In this document: positions 27,712-36,874 of the stretch, one piece after another | Layout: the number at the start of each line of letters is the position of its first letter | How positions within the stretch are numbered: position 1 is the stretch's first letter | Origin: an uncultured Ignavibacteriales bacterium | GTDB lineage: Bacteria; Zixibacteria; MSB-5A5; GN15; FEB-12 | Length of the DNA: 64,000 nucleotides | Assembly: GCA_964503315.1 (NCBI GenBank) | Contig: CAZCZL010000005.1 | Location: forward strand, 5,335 to 69,334 | Direction: 5' to 3' | Made by a program: the position numbers and the translations under genes | The notes under the pieces: generated by a model | The model's database searches: none | Seen by the model: only the letters and a program-made list of their open reading frames with translations | Told to the model about the DNA's origin: nothing

Positions 27712-28347
27712 ATGGCGACACTGGCAGACAAGTATTTTTCGAAGAATGACATGGACGCGATCGAGAGGTCGATCGCCGAGGCTGAATCGCGCTCGGCCGG
27801 AGAGCTTGTTGTACAGATTGCTTCGCGCTCCAAGAACTGGCTGTTAGAAAAGACGCTGGTCGCCTCACTTTTTGGCATCGGCGCGCTCATAAAGGGACTC
27901 CTGCTGACTCGTGAACAGAATTGGGGATACTACTATAATTTTACGCAGGGAGCGCTTTTTGGCCTGGTCGGATTTCTTGTCGCCTTTTTTGTGATAGGAT
28001 GGCTGCTCAAGAACCGGAAGCGGTGTCGCGGTATAGTCTGGAAACGCGGACTTGAGCTTTTTTCTCAGTTGACCCCGACCAAGGGTCAGACCGCCGTCCT
28101 CATATTTGTTTCTCTTGAAGAAGGACAGGCCGCGGTAGTGGCCGACAAGTTGATCGCTTCAAAACTCCCGGCGGATTACTGGGATAAACCGCACGCCATG
28201 ATCATGCGCGGCTTCAAGGCCGGGGCGCACGCCGAGGGGATAATTGAGGCGATCCAGGAGATCGGCAACCAGTTGGCCAGCCACTTCCCGCGTCAATCTG
28301 ACGATGCGAATGAACTGCCGAACCGCCCGACGATCCTCGATCGCTGA
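27712..28347 (+). CDS. TPM-domain-like membrane protein (third gene of the LemA-TPM-TPM cassette)
   Basis: FSKNDMDAIERSIAEAESRSAGELVVQI N-terminus, two TM segments, and a C-terminal region (AVLIFVSLEEGQAAVVAD) like the second half of the TPM fold. Confidence 0.65.
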   Translation: MATLADKYFSKNDMDAIERSIAEAESRSAGELVVQIASRSKNWLLEKTLVASLFGIGALIKGLLLTREQNWGYYYNFTQGALFGLVGFLVAFFVIGWLLKNRKRCRGIVWKRGLELFSQLTPTKGQTAVLIFVSLEEGQAAVVADKLIASKLPADYWDKPHAMIMRGFKAGAHAEGIIEAIQEIGNQLASHFPRQSDDANELPNRPTILDR

Positions 28348-28402
28348 TCCTGCCCCTCCGAAATCACTTGCCTGACAGGTCAAATCGGCCATAACATGGA
28401 CT

Positions 28403-29596
28403 ATGGCCGTCGCATCCAATGAGCTCTATTACATACTGCTGTTGTTCGCGCTGTTTATTGTGCCGCGCGTCCTGCAGCGGTTGCGTCTACCGAGCGCCAT
28501 TACCTGTGTCGGATTGGGTGCGTTGGCCGGGCTTGGCTTTGACTTGTTCCACGGGGACGGCACGGTCCAGTTGTTGGCCACACTCGGTATTGTCTCGCTC
28601 TTCCTGTTTGCCGGCCTCGATGTTGATTTTGTCGAACTGTATCGACACCGGGGAATAGTCGCACAGCACCTCGGGCTTTTTGTAGTTTCCTTGACAGTTG
28701 TGACTTTCGCCGCAGTACTTGTATTCAATCTGGATATCCGTCCGGCCGCATTGGTGGCCCTTGCGCTCATCACGCCATCAACGGGGTTCATTCTCGATTC
28801 GCTCCATTCGCTAGGGCTGTCTGAGCAGGAACGATTCTGGATACGGACCAAGGCGATCGCGTCCGAGATCGTCGCGCTTTTGGTGCTGTTCTTTGTACTG
28901 CAGACGACGACCGTACCGCAATTCGCCAAATCGTTGGGGATCATGGCAGCGCTGGTCGTTCTTCTCCCTCTGTTATTCAAGCTGTTCGCTGACTGGATCC
29001 TCCCCTACGCGCCACGCACGGAGTTTACGTTCATGCTCATAGTAGCCGTAGCGGCGGCGTTCATTACGCTTCGATTGGGTGTCTACTATCTGGTCGGCGC
29101 ATTCATTGTCGGACTCGTTGCTCATAGATTCCAGCATGAGCTTCCTGCGCTGGCATCGGACAGGACGATGCATGCGCTGGAACTGTTTGCCGCGTTTTTT
29201 ATCCCATTCTATTTCTTCTCGGCAGGATTGCACTTGCAGCGAGATGACTTCAGTCTGACCGCGTTGACGACCGGCGGAGGGTTTGTGCTGATCATGATCC
29301 CGCTTCGACTGTTACCGGTAGCGTTTCACAGAAGAATGGCTCTGGGGGAACCATTGAAAGTCGGCATGCGAATCAGCGCCTCGATGTTGCCGACGCTTGT
29401 TTTCACGTTGGTTATCGCCGGCATTCTGAGGGACCAGTTTCAGGTCCCCGCCTATCTGTTTGGCGGGCTGATAGTGTACACTATGGCCAATACGCTTATC
29501 CCCGGTTTTGCCCTTGGCGCTTCTCCTACCAATTTCACGGAACCGAAGATCGGCACTGAGGAGTTCCGGGACCCACTCCCACCATCCACGACTTGA
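28403..29596 (+). CDS. cation:proton antiporter (Na+/H+ exchanger family)
   Basis: 397-aa protein with about 11-12 TM segments. The N-terminal pattern LLFALFIVPRVLQRLRLPSAITCVGLGALAG is typical of CPA-type exchangers. Confidence 0.6.
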   Translation: MAVASNELYYILLLFALFIVPRVLQRLRLPSAITCVGLGALAGLGFDLFHGDGTVQLLATLGIVSLFLFAGLDVDFVELYRHRGIVAQHLGLFVVSLTVVTFAAVLVFNLDIRPAALVALALITPSTGFILDSLHSLGLSEQERFWIRTKAIASEIVALLVLFFVLQTTTVPQFAKSLGIMAALVVLLPLLFKLFADWILPYAPRTEFTFMLIVAVAAAFITLRLGVYYLVGAFIVGLVAHRFQHELPALASDRTMHALELFAAFFIPFYFFSAGLHLQRDDFSLTALTTGGGFVLIMIPLRLLPVAFHRRMALGEPLKVGMRISASMLPTLVFTLVIAGILRDQFQVPAYLFGGLIVYTMANTLIPGFALGASPTNFTEPKIGTEEFRDPLPPSTT

Positions 29597-30832
29597 TCAT
29601 TTGTGTGACTGGTCCAGACGGACCACATCTCCTTCATAGAAGACGGAGAGGAAAAGCAGCAGATAATCTCTAATGTGCCGGGTTATCAGGAAATTGGTCC
29701 GGACGTGCTCTTTTCCATTCTTGCCCAGTTTCTCCGCATACTCCGGCTCCTGGAGCAGTTGCTTCAGGTAGTGCGCGGTCCCTTCAATCGAATGGGACAG
29801 CATTCCGGAATACCGATGCGCGATCTGTAACGGTATCCCTCCGACAGCAGTAGCGATAACCGGGCGCGCTTTCCAGAGCGCTTCGGAAACCGTCAGGCCG
29901 AATCCCTCTTTCAAGGATTTTTGCAGAACAACCGCGGATGCCCGCTGGAGCGCGTTTATCTCGATATCGCTCGATGGCGGCAGGAAGAGCACATGAATAT
30001 CCGGATCATCCGCCGCGGCCTCCTGCACCTCACGGAGCACCTGCATCCCTTCAGGGTCATCGGTCGCCCCGCCTCCGGCAAGGACCAACTGACAGTCGAC
30101 ATGACGCTTGACCATCTTGTAGACCTTGATCACTCCCACCGGGTCCTTGAGGTAATCAAAGCGCGATATCTGGGTCACAATGGGGCGATCCCGGTCAAGG
30201 CCGAATCGCTCCAGAATTGAATCGATAACCGATTGCGGCAACTCCTTGTTTTTGTCGCTGAGCGGGTCGATTGAAGGCGCTATCAGCACTTGCGGAATAG
30301 TGAGGGATTGCGCAAACGCCGGTGCAGAGAAAACGGCCGCGTCATAGTGACCGATGTATGGGTTCAGCAATGACATCAGCTCCGGCTGTGGATTCGTGAC
30401 ATCGATATGACAGCGCCAGAGCCATTTGCTTCCCAATTCCTGTTTTCGCTCGACGAGCGCTATCGGCTGAGGGTCATGGATAAAGGTGATATCGCGGGCA
30501 AACGAAATCTCCGCGGCGTTGCTTCGGTTCGTTTGGAGGAAGTGCTCCCATTCGTCAGGTGTTATCTCGACGGAAACGCCGTGCAGGCCGTTGTGCATCT
30601 TCTTGGTGGTAGAGAAGAACCGTTCGTCCCCTTTGATCACATCCCACCGCGCGTTAATACCCAGTTCTTTGAGGAGGGGGATCATGCGGATCAGGATCTC
30701 GGCCACACCGCCGCCAACGGCCGTGGAGTTGATATTCTGGATCTCTTTCCCTTCAAGGCGTGAGGCCAGAGCCCGCAACTCGTCGATGGTTCCCTGTCCT
30801 ACGATATCTGCATAGTTGTGAAGTTCAGGCAT
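29597..30832 (-). CDS. GT4 glycosyltransferase, TreT (trehalose glycosyltransferring synthase)-like
   Basis: The N-terminal INSTAVGGGVAEILIRMIPLLKELGINARWDVIKGDERFF..TKKMHNGLHG resembles archaeal/bacterial TreT as recalled. C-terminal GT1-domain motif EGFGLTVSEALWKARPVI. Confidence 0.65.
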   Translation of the reverse strand: MPELHNYADIVGQGTIDELRALASRLEGKEIQNINSTAVGGGVAEILIRMIPLLKELGINARWDVIKGDERFFSTTKKMHNGLHGVSVEITPDEWEHFLQTNRSNAAEISFARDITFIHDPQPIALVERKQELGSKWLWRCHIDVTNPQPELMSLLNPYIGHYDAAVFSAPAFAQSLTIPQVLIAPSIDPLSDKNKELPQSVIDSILERFGLDRDRPIVTQISRFDYLKDPVGVIKVYKMVKRHVDCQLVLAGGGATDDPEGMQVLREVQEAAADDPDIHVLFLPPSSDIEINALQRASAVVLQKSLKEGFGLTVSEALWKARPVIATAVGGIPLQIAHRYSGMLSHSIEGTAHYLKQLLQEPEYAEKLGKNGKEHVRTNFLITRHIRDYLLLFLSVFYEGDVVRLDQSHK

Positions 30833-31469
30833 ATTTCCTCACTGCCTGGATAAGGCGCTGGCGAAGTCGCTCCAGCGTGATCGTGTAAGGGTCAAATGCG
30901 GCGATCCTGGCCGCGAGTTCAGGAAAACCGTGGGCGCGCGTCCAGGTGGAGAAGTCATTCTCATCACGCTTGAGTCGAAGCGGCGCTTCGAATAGATGGA
31001 AGTAGAGCGTATTCAGGTTGACCTGCTCGAGTAGCTCGGCGAATTGAGCCAGGTCATTGGCGACATACGAGGTTGGTACCACAAAGGTCCGACAACTCAT
31101 GAAATGAAACTGTTCCCCCGCGGTAGATGAGGTCTGGTGTCCTCCCGAATCGAGGTAGTGAGTCAGTCGCTCGACAAAGGCCTGGCGAATAGATTCTATC
31201 TGTTTGTAGGAGACAATGTCGACACTGGCCAGACTCTCAGACAGCTGGTCAAGGTTGAGGACTGAGCCGGTCCAGAAGGCGAAATCATTGGGCGGCTCCG
31301 GCGACAGGTAGTGATGCTGTTGCAGGAAGTGGTGTGTGTGATAATATATCGAGGCCGGCGGGACCATCTTGATCCCCTCCAGCAATTCTCCAGCAGAGCG
31401 CGCTCGTTGACCAAGGAGCAGTACTTGATGGGATCGCGTGTAAAAGCGGAACGGTTCGGCGGGGTTCAT
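30825..31469 (-). CDS. conserved hypothetical protein in the trehalose operon
   Basis: 214-aa ORF. Translationally coupled on both sides: a 4-nt overlap with 31466-33682 and an 8-nt overlap with 29597-30832. Confidence 0.7.
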   Translation of the reverse strand: MNPAEPFRFYTRSHQVLLLGQRARSAGELLEGIKMVPPASIYYHTHHFLQQHHYLSPEPPNDFAFWTGSVLNLDQLSESLASVDIVSYKQIESIRQAFVERLTHYLDSGGHQTSSTAGEQFHFMSCRTFVVPTSYVANDLAQFAELLEQVNLNTLYFHLFEAPLRLKRDENDFSTWTRAHGFPELAARIAAFDPYTITLERLRQRLIQAVRKYA

Positions 31470-33682
31470 CGGGCGACCTCCGCATCCCAGGCCAACTGCT
31501 CCAGCAATTGGCGAATATCGAGATAGCTTCGCACATTGAATCGCGCTCTGGATTGCACCATGCCGACGCGAATGGAGTAGGCCTCGTCTGGAAGCACAGC
31601 AAAAAGATCCTCATCGGTCCAGTCATCGCCAATAGCCATAATAAAGTCGGCATCGGACGATTCCACCCAGTGAAGCGCCGCGCTCCCTTTGTTGATCCCC
31701 GACATTCTGACCTCGATCACCTTTTTACCGGAAAGCACTTGAAGGTCGATATTGGCGGTGAGGTTGACCAGTGTGTCACGGAGTTCGGCAGCCCGTGTTT
31801 CCGCCAGGTCGGCATCCGAGCGTCGATAGTGCCAGGCGACAGAGTATTCCTTTTCTTCGACAAACGCTCCGGGAAGGCGGTCGGCGTACATGTGGAGCAG
31901 TTGCAGGATCTGCGGTTTCCACTGGTTGGTGGCTGGTTTGAGCGTCCGCCACTCATCCTCAGCCAATTTCAGCCAGACCCCATGTTCCGCCACCAGATCA
32001 AGCGGGAGGTGACCGAACCAGTGTTCCAGTGTCTCCTTGTCCCGGCCGCTGACCATAACGACTGTATTCCGCTCGTCAGCGGAGAGCGTTTCCAGCAGAT
32101 AGAGAATATCCTCAGTTGGCTTGGCCTGTTTCGGCTGGTCGAAATACGGCATCAGCGTACCGTCATAATCAAGCAGCAGGAGCCGACGTTCTGCTGTCTG
32201 GAATCTGTCGAGGAGTGCCTCTCTCTCATTGGGGTGCAGGCCGCGCGCGTACAAACGCTGCTGTTCCTGCTTGATCTGTGACAGTGAACGCATGAAGTCA
32301 TCTGCCCAAACTGTCACCGTATAACGGCGCAATCGATCCTGCATAGCCGTTATCCGCTGGCATTGTTCATCGAGCGACATCTGAAGTCCGGTTTCTATCG
32401 CGTCGGCCACCTCTTCAATATCGTTCGGGTTGACCATCACGGCCTCAGAAAGCTCACGTGAACTTCCGGCGAATTCGGAGAGGACCAACACGCCGTCCAG
32501 ATCTACCCGGCTGGCGACGTATTCCTTGGCGATGAGGTTCATACCGTCACGAAGTGGTGTCACCACCGCCACCGATGACCCGCGATAGAGTGCCGACAAC
32601 TGGTGCGGTGGGACTGACCGGTATTGATACTGGATGGGGGTCCAGTTCATCTGGCTGAATCGTCCATTGATCTTGCCTACTTCCCGGTCGATCTCCTGCT
32701 TCATGTCATCATACTTCTCCACACCCACGCGCGAAGGGATGACTATCACGATGAAGTTGATGCGACCATGCCAGTGTGGGTATTTCTCGAGGAACCGGGC
32801 GAATGACGCGAGGCGATGCTTTATTCCTTTGGAGTAATCCAGTCGATCGATCGACAGGATCAGTTTGGTTCCTTTGAAGTGACGTTCCAGATCCGCCCGT
32901 TCTTTCACGGTTTCGTCAGCCGACGCCAGTTGCTGCCAAAAGTCGAACTCGATCCCCATGGGGAAAGTCTCGGCGAGAACCAATCGATTGTGCAACGGGA
33001 TTCGCCCCATCGTGTGTTCAAATCCGCGCAACCGAAGCACACACTGCAGGAAATACTGCCGGTACTCGGGAGTGTGGAACCCGATCAGGTCAGCGGCGAG
33101 CAGACCATCCAGAATGCCGGTGCGCCATGGCGCCGGTAGCAGTCGAAAGACCTCGAATGACGGCCAGGGTATGTGCAGAAAGAAGCCGATGGATGCATCA
33201 GGATAACGCTCCCTGATCATCTGTGGCGCCAGCATCAGGTGATAATCCTGTATCCATATCAGATCATCGGGGCGCGCTATCTCAAGGACCGCGTCGGCAA
33301 AGAGCCGGTTGATACGGACATATTCCGGCCAGTGGTCATCCTGGAATTTGGCATAGACCAGGAAGTAATGAAACAATGGCCAGATAGTCGAATTGCAGAA
33401 CCCGACATAGAATTTCTCCATGTCGTCCGTCGATAAGTAAACTGGATGAGAACCCTGATTGCGGAGTTCAATAGCGAGATCGGCTTTGTCTTTGTCCGGG
33501 ATCTCGGAACCCGGCCAGCCGATCCAGATGGTATCTTCGATGTCGGTGCGATCGATCTTGAGACGTTCAAGCCAGGTGGAGAGTCCACTGACGAGTCCGC
33601 CCGGACTTCGGTCGCACACAGGTGTGCCGTGATCGTAGCGAACGGTCACCGGCAAACGATTAGCGACAATAATGAGCCGCAT
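31466..33682 (-). CDS. otsAB: bifunctional trehalose-6-phosphate synthase (GT20) / trehalose-6-phosphate phosphatase (HAD) fusion
   Basis: [53 protein letters not shown] (OtsA). [10 protein letters not shown]...VSGRD...[10 protein letters not shown] (OtsB/HAD). Confidence 0.9.
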   Translation of the reverse strand: MRLIIVANRLPVTVRYDHGTPVCDRSPGGLVSGLSTWLERLKIDRTDIEDTIWIGWPGSEIPDKDKADLAIELRNQGSHPVYLSTDDMEKFYVGFCNSTIWPLFHYFLVYAKFQDDHWPEYVRINRLFADAVLEIARPDDLIWIQDYHLMLAPQMIRERYPDASIGFFLHIPWPSFEVFRLLPAPWRTGILDGLLAADLIGFHTPEYRQYFLQCVLRLRGFEHTMGRIPLHNRLVLAETFPMGIEFDFWQQLASADETVKERADLERHFKGTKLILSIDRLDYSKGIKHRLASFARFLEKYPHWHGRINFIVIVIPSRVGVEKYDDMKQEIDREVGKINGRFSQMNWTPIQYQYRSVPPHQLSALYRGSSVAVVTPLRDGMNLIAKEYVASRVDLDGVLVLSEFAGSSRELSEAVMVNPNDIEEVADAIETGLQMSLDEQCQRITAMQDRLRRYTVTVWADDFMRSLSQIKQEQQRLYARGLHPNEREALLDRFQTAERRLLLLDYDGTLMPYFDQPKQAKPTEDILYLLETLSADERNTVVMVSGRDKETLEHWFGHLPLDLVAEHGVWLKLAEDEWRTLKPATNQWKPQILQLLHMYADRLPGAFVEEKEYSVAWHYRRSDADLAETRAAELRDTLVNLTANIDLQVLSGKKVIEVRMSGINKGSAALHWVESSDADFIMAIGDDWTDEDLFAVLPDEAYSIRVGMVQSRARFNVRSYLDIRQLLEQLAWDAEVAR

Positions 33683-33846
33683 TGAATTTCCTCCTTCCCG
33701 AGAGACCGGGTCGAATTTCGAATCAACGCTCCCTTAATATAATTACAGCCTAAGTGGCGGAAGGTTCCCCTGATACGGGTCGAAAGTCGTAAAGCGATTG
33801 CAGCATAGAGATTTAGAGTAACATAAAAAAGTGCGCGACAGTCCGC

Positions 33847-34620
33847 TCAGCGTGCAGATCGATGTGGCTTTCGCGCCACAAACCACATCATGCGGTCATC
33901 CATTGTCAGCGGCTCACGCTTATACCCGCCATAACATTTTATGTCCGAAAATCCGATTCTTGTGAATGCGGCTATAAGCTCATGACAAGAATACATACGG
34001 ATCGACATTGACAGTTCGCGACGCTTGCCTTTTCCGTAGAACGACAATCGCGAGCGATTTCGCGAGACTGCCAGATCGAAATGGCGGCGCTCGAAATAGC
34101 GTGTACCGGCGGTCTTTTCCCATCCGCTGGGCGAGAAATGGCGGATGATCCAATCGCGATTGATGATATGAAGCAGGAACTTCCCGCCCGGTTTCAGCGC
34201 GCGATAGATCCGCTTGAGAACTTCAAAGTCATCCTTATCATCCGCGAAATAGCCGAGCGAGGTCCAGATATTGCCAGCGGCATCAAACTGGTTCCTGAAC
34301 GTGATCTTCCGCATGTCGCGTTTGTGCAGTGTGATCGAAAGGTCACGAAGCATCATCTTGGTTTCCAGCTCTTCGAGATACGAGGTAGTGATGTCAACTC
34401 CCGTGACCTGAATTCCTCGCTCAGCAAGAGGGAGAGAGATTCTCCCAATACCGCAGGGACAGTCGAGAAAAGACTGACCTTTCTTCAGTCCGAGATATCG
34501 GATGATCGCTTTGACTTGATCCTCGGTTGTTTCAGGACTGACATTGTCAAAGAATGGTCGCCAGAGAGTGAAGAGTTCTTCGTACCACTCGGGTTTGGAC
34601 GATTTCTTAGAGGTTGCCAC
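33847..34620 (-). CDS. class I SAM-dependent methyltransferase
   Basis: Motif I FLDCPCGIGRISLPLAERG and post-I VTGVDIT. Confidence 0.8.
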   Translation of the reverse strand: MATSKKSSKPEWYEELFTLWRPFFDNVSPETTEDQVKAIIRYLGLKKGQSFLDCPCGIGRISLPLAERGIQVTGVDITTSYLEELETKMMLRDLSITLHKRDMRKITFRNQFDAAGNIWTSLGYFADDKDDFEVLKRIYRALKPGGKFLLHIINRDWIIRHFSPSGWEKTAGTRYFERRHFDLAVSRNRSRLSFYGKGKRRELSMSIRMYSCHELIAAFTRIGFSDIKCYGGYKREPLTMDDRMMWFVARKPHRSAR

Positions 34621-34623
34621 GGA

Positions 34624-35013
34624 CTATCCTTTCTTTTCAGCGAATGCCAGCACATGGCAGTCGCGATCGAGGCAATAGGCGACATTGTCTCCCCAATTGC
34701 GCGTCTGCAGTGGAGAGACTAGCGTCGCGCCATGAGCAACCGCGCGCTCGACATATGGTTGTGCTGAATCGACAACGAGATAAAGTTCTGCGCGAGGCAC
34801 ACCCGCGGCCGAGGATGGATCGGGAAGAATTTCGCCGAGAAGTCGCTTGATCCCGGCGGCGGGCATGAGGCCTAACAGCGCTCCGTTTCCGAGTGGAAAC
34901 TCGGTCATGCCGGGAACATCTAGGGTCGGCTCAATTCCCAGCACAGCCTTATAGAAATCACGTGCCCGCGCCTGATCGGCGACATAGAAAATGAAGAGCG
35001 GGAGTGTGGTCAT
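34624..35013 (-). CDS. VOC (glyoxalase/bleomycin-resistance fold) family protein
   Basis: 129 aa. FIFYVADQARARDFYKAVLGIEP ... NWGDNVAYCLDRDCHVLAF. Confidence 0.7.
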   Translation of the reverse strand: MTTLPLFIFYVADQARARDFYKAVLGIEPTLDVPGMTEFPLGNGALLGLMPAAGIKRLLGEILPDPSSAAGVPRAELYLVVDSAQPYVERAVAHGATLVSPLQTRNWGDNVAYCLDRDCHVLAFAEKKG

Positions 35014-35024
35014 CGACAGACCTG

Positions 35025-35420
35025 TTAGTCTTTCACCGGTGCCGGTTTGCCGTTCCGGTCAACTGCCACCATCACGAAATCACCTTTGGTAGCTAATTCA
35101 CGAATCCCTGAAAGAGGATTCTCGGAATAGAGTTCCACCTCGACCGTCACCGAGGTTTTCCCGACCCGCCCGATTTTGGCGATCAGTTCGACCAGGTTTC
35201 CCTGTGGTACCGGCTTTTTGAAAACGATCTTCTCTGACGCGATCGTCACCATCTCTTTGCGAGCGTAACGTGTTGAGCAGACCCAGGCGGCGCGGTCCAT
35301 CCATTGCAGAGCGATGCCGCCAAACAGTGTGCCGTAATGATTGACGAGCGACGGAAAAACCACTTCGACTATGCGGGTAGTGGAATCGATTGGATATGTG
35401 TTTGGATTATTCATACCCAA
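35025..35420 (-). CDS. acyl-CoA thioesterase (hotdog fold, YciA-like)
   Basis: VFPSLVNHYGTLFGGIALQWMDRAAWV. Confidence 0.75.
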   Translation of the reverse strand: MGMNNPNTYPIDSTTRIVEVVFPSLVNHYGTLFGGIALQWMDRAAWVCSTRYARKEMVTIASEKIVFKKPVPQGNLVELIAKIGRVGKTSVTVEVELYSENPLSGIRELATKGDFVMVAVDRNGKPAPVKD

Positions 35421-35476
35421 ATATCGACTCCGGCTATTCCGGAGTCAAGTTTGGGGAATGTCTCCCGAGCGGGTGA

Positions 35477-36238
35477 CTACTGCTTTGACCGACTCATCCC
35501 TGCAGCCTTCACTGAGTCCGGAAGTTGGTCGAGGTAGAGATATGGGAGAGTCAGGTCGAACCAGATCTCTTCACTTTTGCTGGAGCCGCTCTTTTTCGCC
35601 TTCACTTTGTCCAAAACCCGACCTTCGTGCTCGACCGTCTCGACATCTTCACGCGTGTAGCCGAGATACGAGAGGAATGGCCGTTCCTCCAGCAGAGAAA
35701 TGAGCTTGAACGGCGACCCCGGGGATTTTCCGTCGCCCGATGTTCTGATCGATTCGAGAAGTTTGCGCGATGTCCATCCCTGCAGTTTGCTGAGCACAGA
35801 ATCTTTCAACTCCAGATTGGCCGCCGAGGCAAGCGAGTGGGCGTCGATATCACAGTATTCGCGTTGCAGAACCTTGTTGGCGTATTCACGGGCGACAGTC
35901 CAGTTTTTGGCCGCGAATGAGTGGTACATGGAATCACGGTAGTCGCAGGTCCGGTTCCCTTTCTCCAGACAGAAGGGGTCATACTTGGAGGTCTGAGTGA
36001 ACCAGAATCGCATGCGGGAGAAATCGACGGTGGTGTCACCTTCCAGCGTTCGGACCAGGAGGGCGGTGTAGCGGACAAAGCCGACATCGCGAAGCATCGC
36101 CGGTGGGATATTCTTCTGCTTGACCAGAAAGAGGGAATCCTGGGCGAAGGGGCGATCCAGTTCGGTCACCTTTACGGGCGGCTGACCGGCCTGCGCGGAC
36201 AGGGCGGCGAGGAGAAGAATGATCGGCAACAACTTCAT
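35477..36238 (-). CDS. secreted hypothetical protein (paralogue of 20014-20670)
   Basis: Signal peptide MKLLPIILLLAALSAQA. Shared pattern VDFSRMRFWFTQTSKYDPF ... AREYANKVLQREYCDIDAH. Confidence 0.7.
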   Translation of the reverse strand: MKLLPIILLLAALSAQAGQPPVKVTELDRPFAQDSLFLVKQKNIPPAMLRDVGFVRYTALLVRTLEGDTTVDFSRMRFWFTQTSKYDPFCLEKGNRTCDYRDSMYHSFAAKNWTVAREYANKVLQREYCDIDAHSLASAANLELKDSVLSKLQGWTSRKLLESIRTSGDGKSPGSPFKLISLLEERPFLSYLGYTREDVETVEHEGRVLDKVKAKKSGSSKSEEIWFDLTLPYLYLDQLPDSVKAAGMSRSKQ

Positions 36239-36253
36239 ACTGTGGAATTATAC

Positions 36254-36293
36254 ACGAAAACGCCCCCCTGCGGAAGAGTCTTTGTGGGGGGCG
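36254..36293 (-). terminator. GC-rich hairpin terminator after the 2H-phosphoesterase gene
   Basis: cgcccccc(36261-68)/ggggggcg(36086+200..36293 region, i.e. 36286-93), an 8-bp stem with a 17-nt loop. The minus-strand U-tract is the complement of gaaaa at 36256-60. Confidence 0.45.
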
Positions 36294-36296
36294 CTT

Positions 36297-36851
36297 TTAG
36301 ACGCCCAGCAACTGGAAAGACCGGACCGAGACCCACTGCTTGTTCGCCGTCGGCGCGATGAGGTCGATAGATTCCGCGATGAACGATTCATCCCCTAAAT
36401 ACGGCACGATCTTCTCCTTCACCAGCACCACCCGATGGTCGGATATCTCCTTCGCCACCGTGACATGCGGGATGAAGTTCTTGTGCGGGAGCGCCAGATC
36501 CAGCCGGGCATAGAGCGTTTTGTATATCTCATCGATCGGCGCGCACCGCTTGACCTCCCAGAAGATGAGCGGGAAGCCCGGATAAAAATCACCGATAGAG
36601 GAAAGCTCTATCTTGATAGGCGCGATATTCTCGACAGTCTTGCGGATGATGCTGGTGATCTCATCAAACGGCCGCAGCGCCTGGAAAGGAAAGACCAGCG
36701 AGATATGCGCCTCGACGATAGAGTAATCCGGGTCGTATTTTTCACGGATCGGTTCGATCATCCGGCAGAGATGATCCGGGAGGAAGATGACGATCGCGTA
36801 GTTGTTTCCCCCGTTGGGGATCAATTCACCTGAAGAGTACCCGAATGGCAT
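36297..36851 (-). CDS. 2H phosphoesterase superfamily protein (LigT / 2'-5' RNA ligase-like)
   Basis: Two H-x-(S/T) motifs: EAHISLVF and IPHVTVAK. Confidence 0.7.
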   Translation of the reverse strand: MPFGYSSGELIPNGGNNYAIVIFLPDHLCRMIEPIREKYDPDYSIVEAHISLVFPFQALRPFDEITSIIRKTVENIAPIKIELSSIGDFYPGFPLIFWEVKRCAPIDEIYKTLYARLDLALPHKNFIPHVTVAKEISDHRVVLVKEKIVPYLGDESFIAESIDLIAPTANKQWVSVRSFQLLGV

Positions 36852-36874
36852 ATCGATTATGATTCCTTGTCTGC

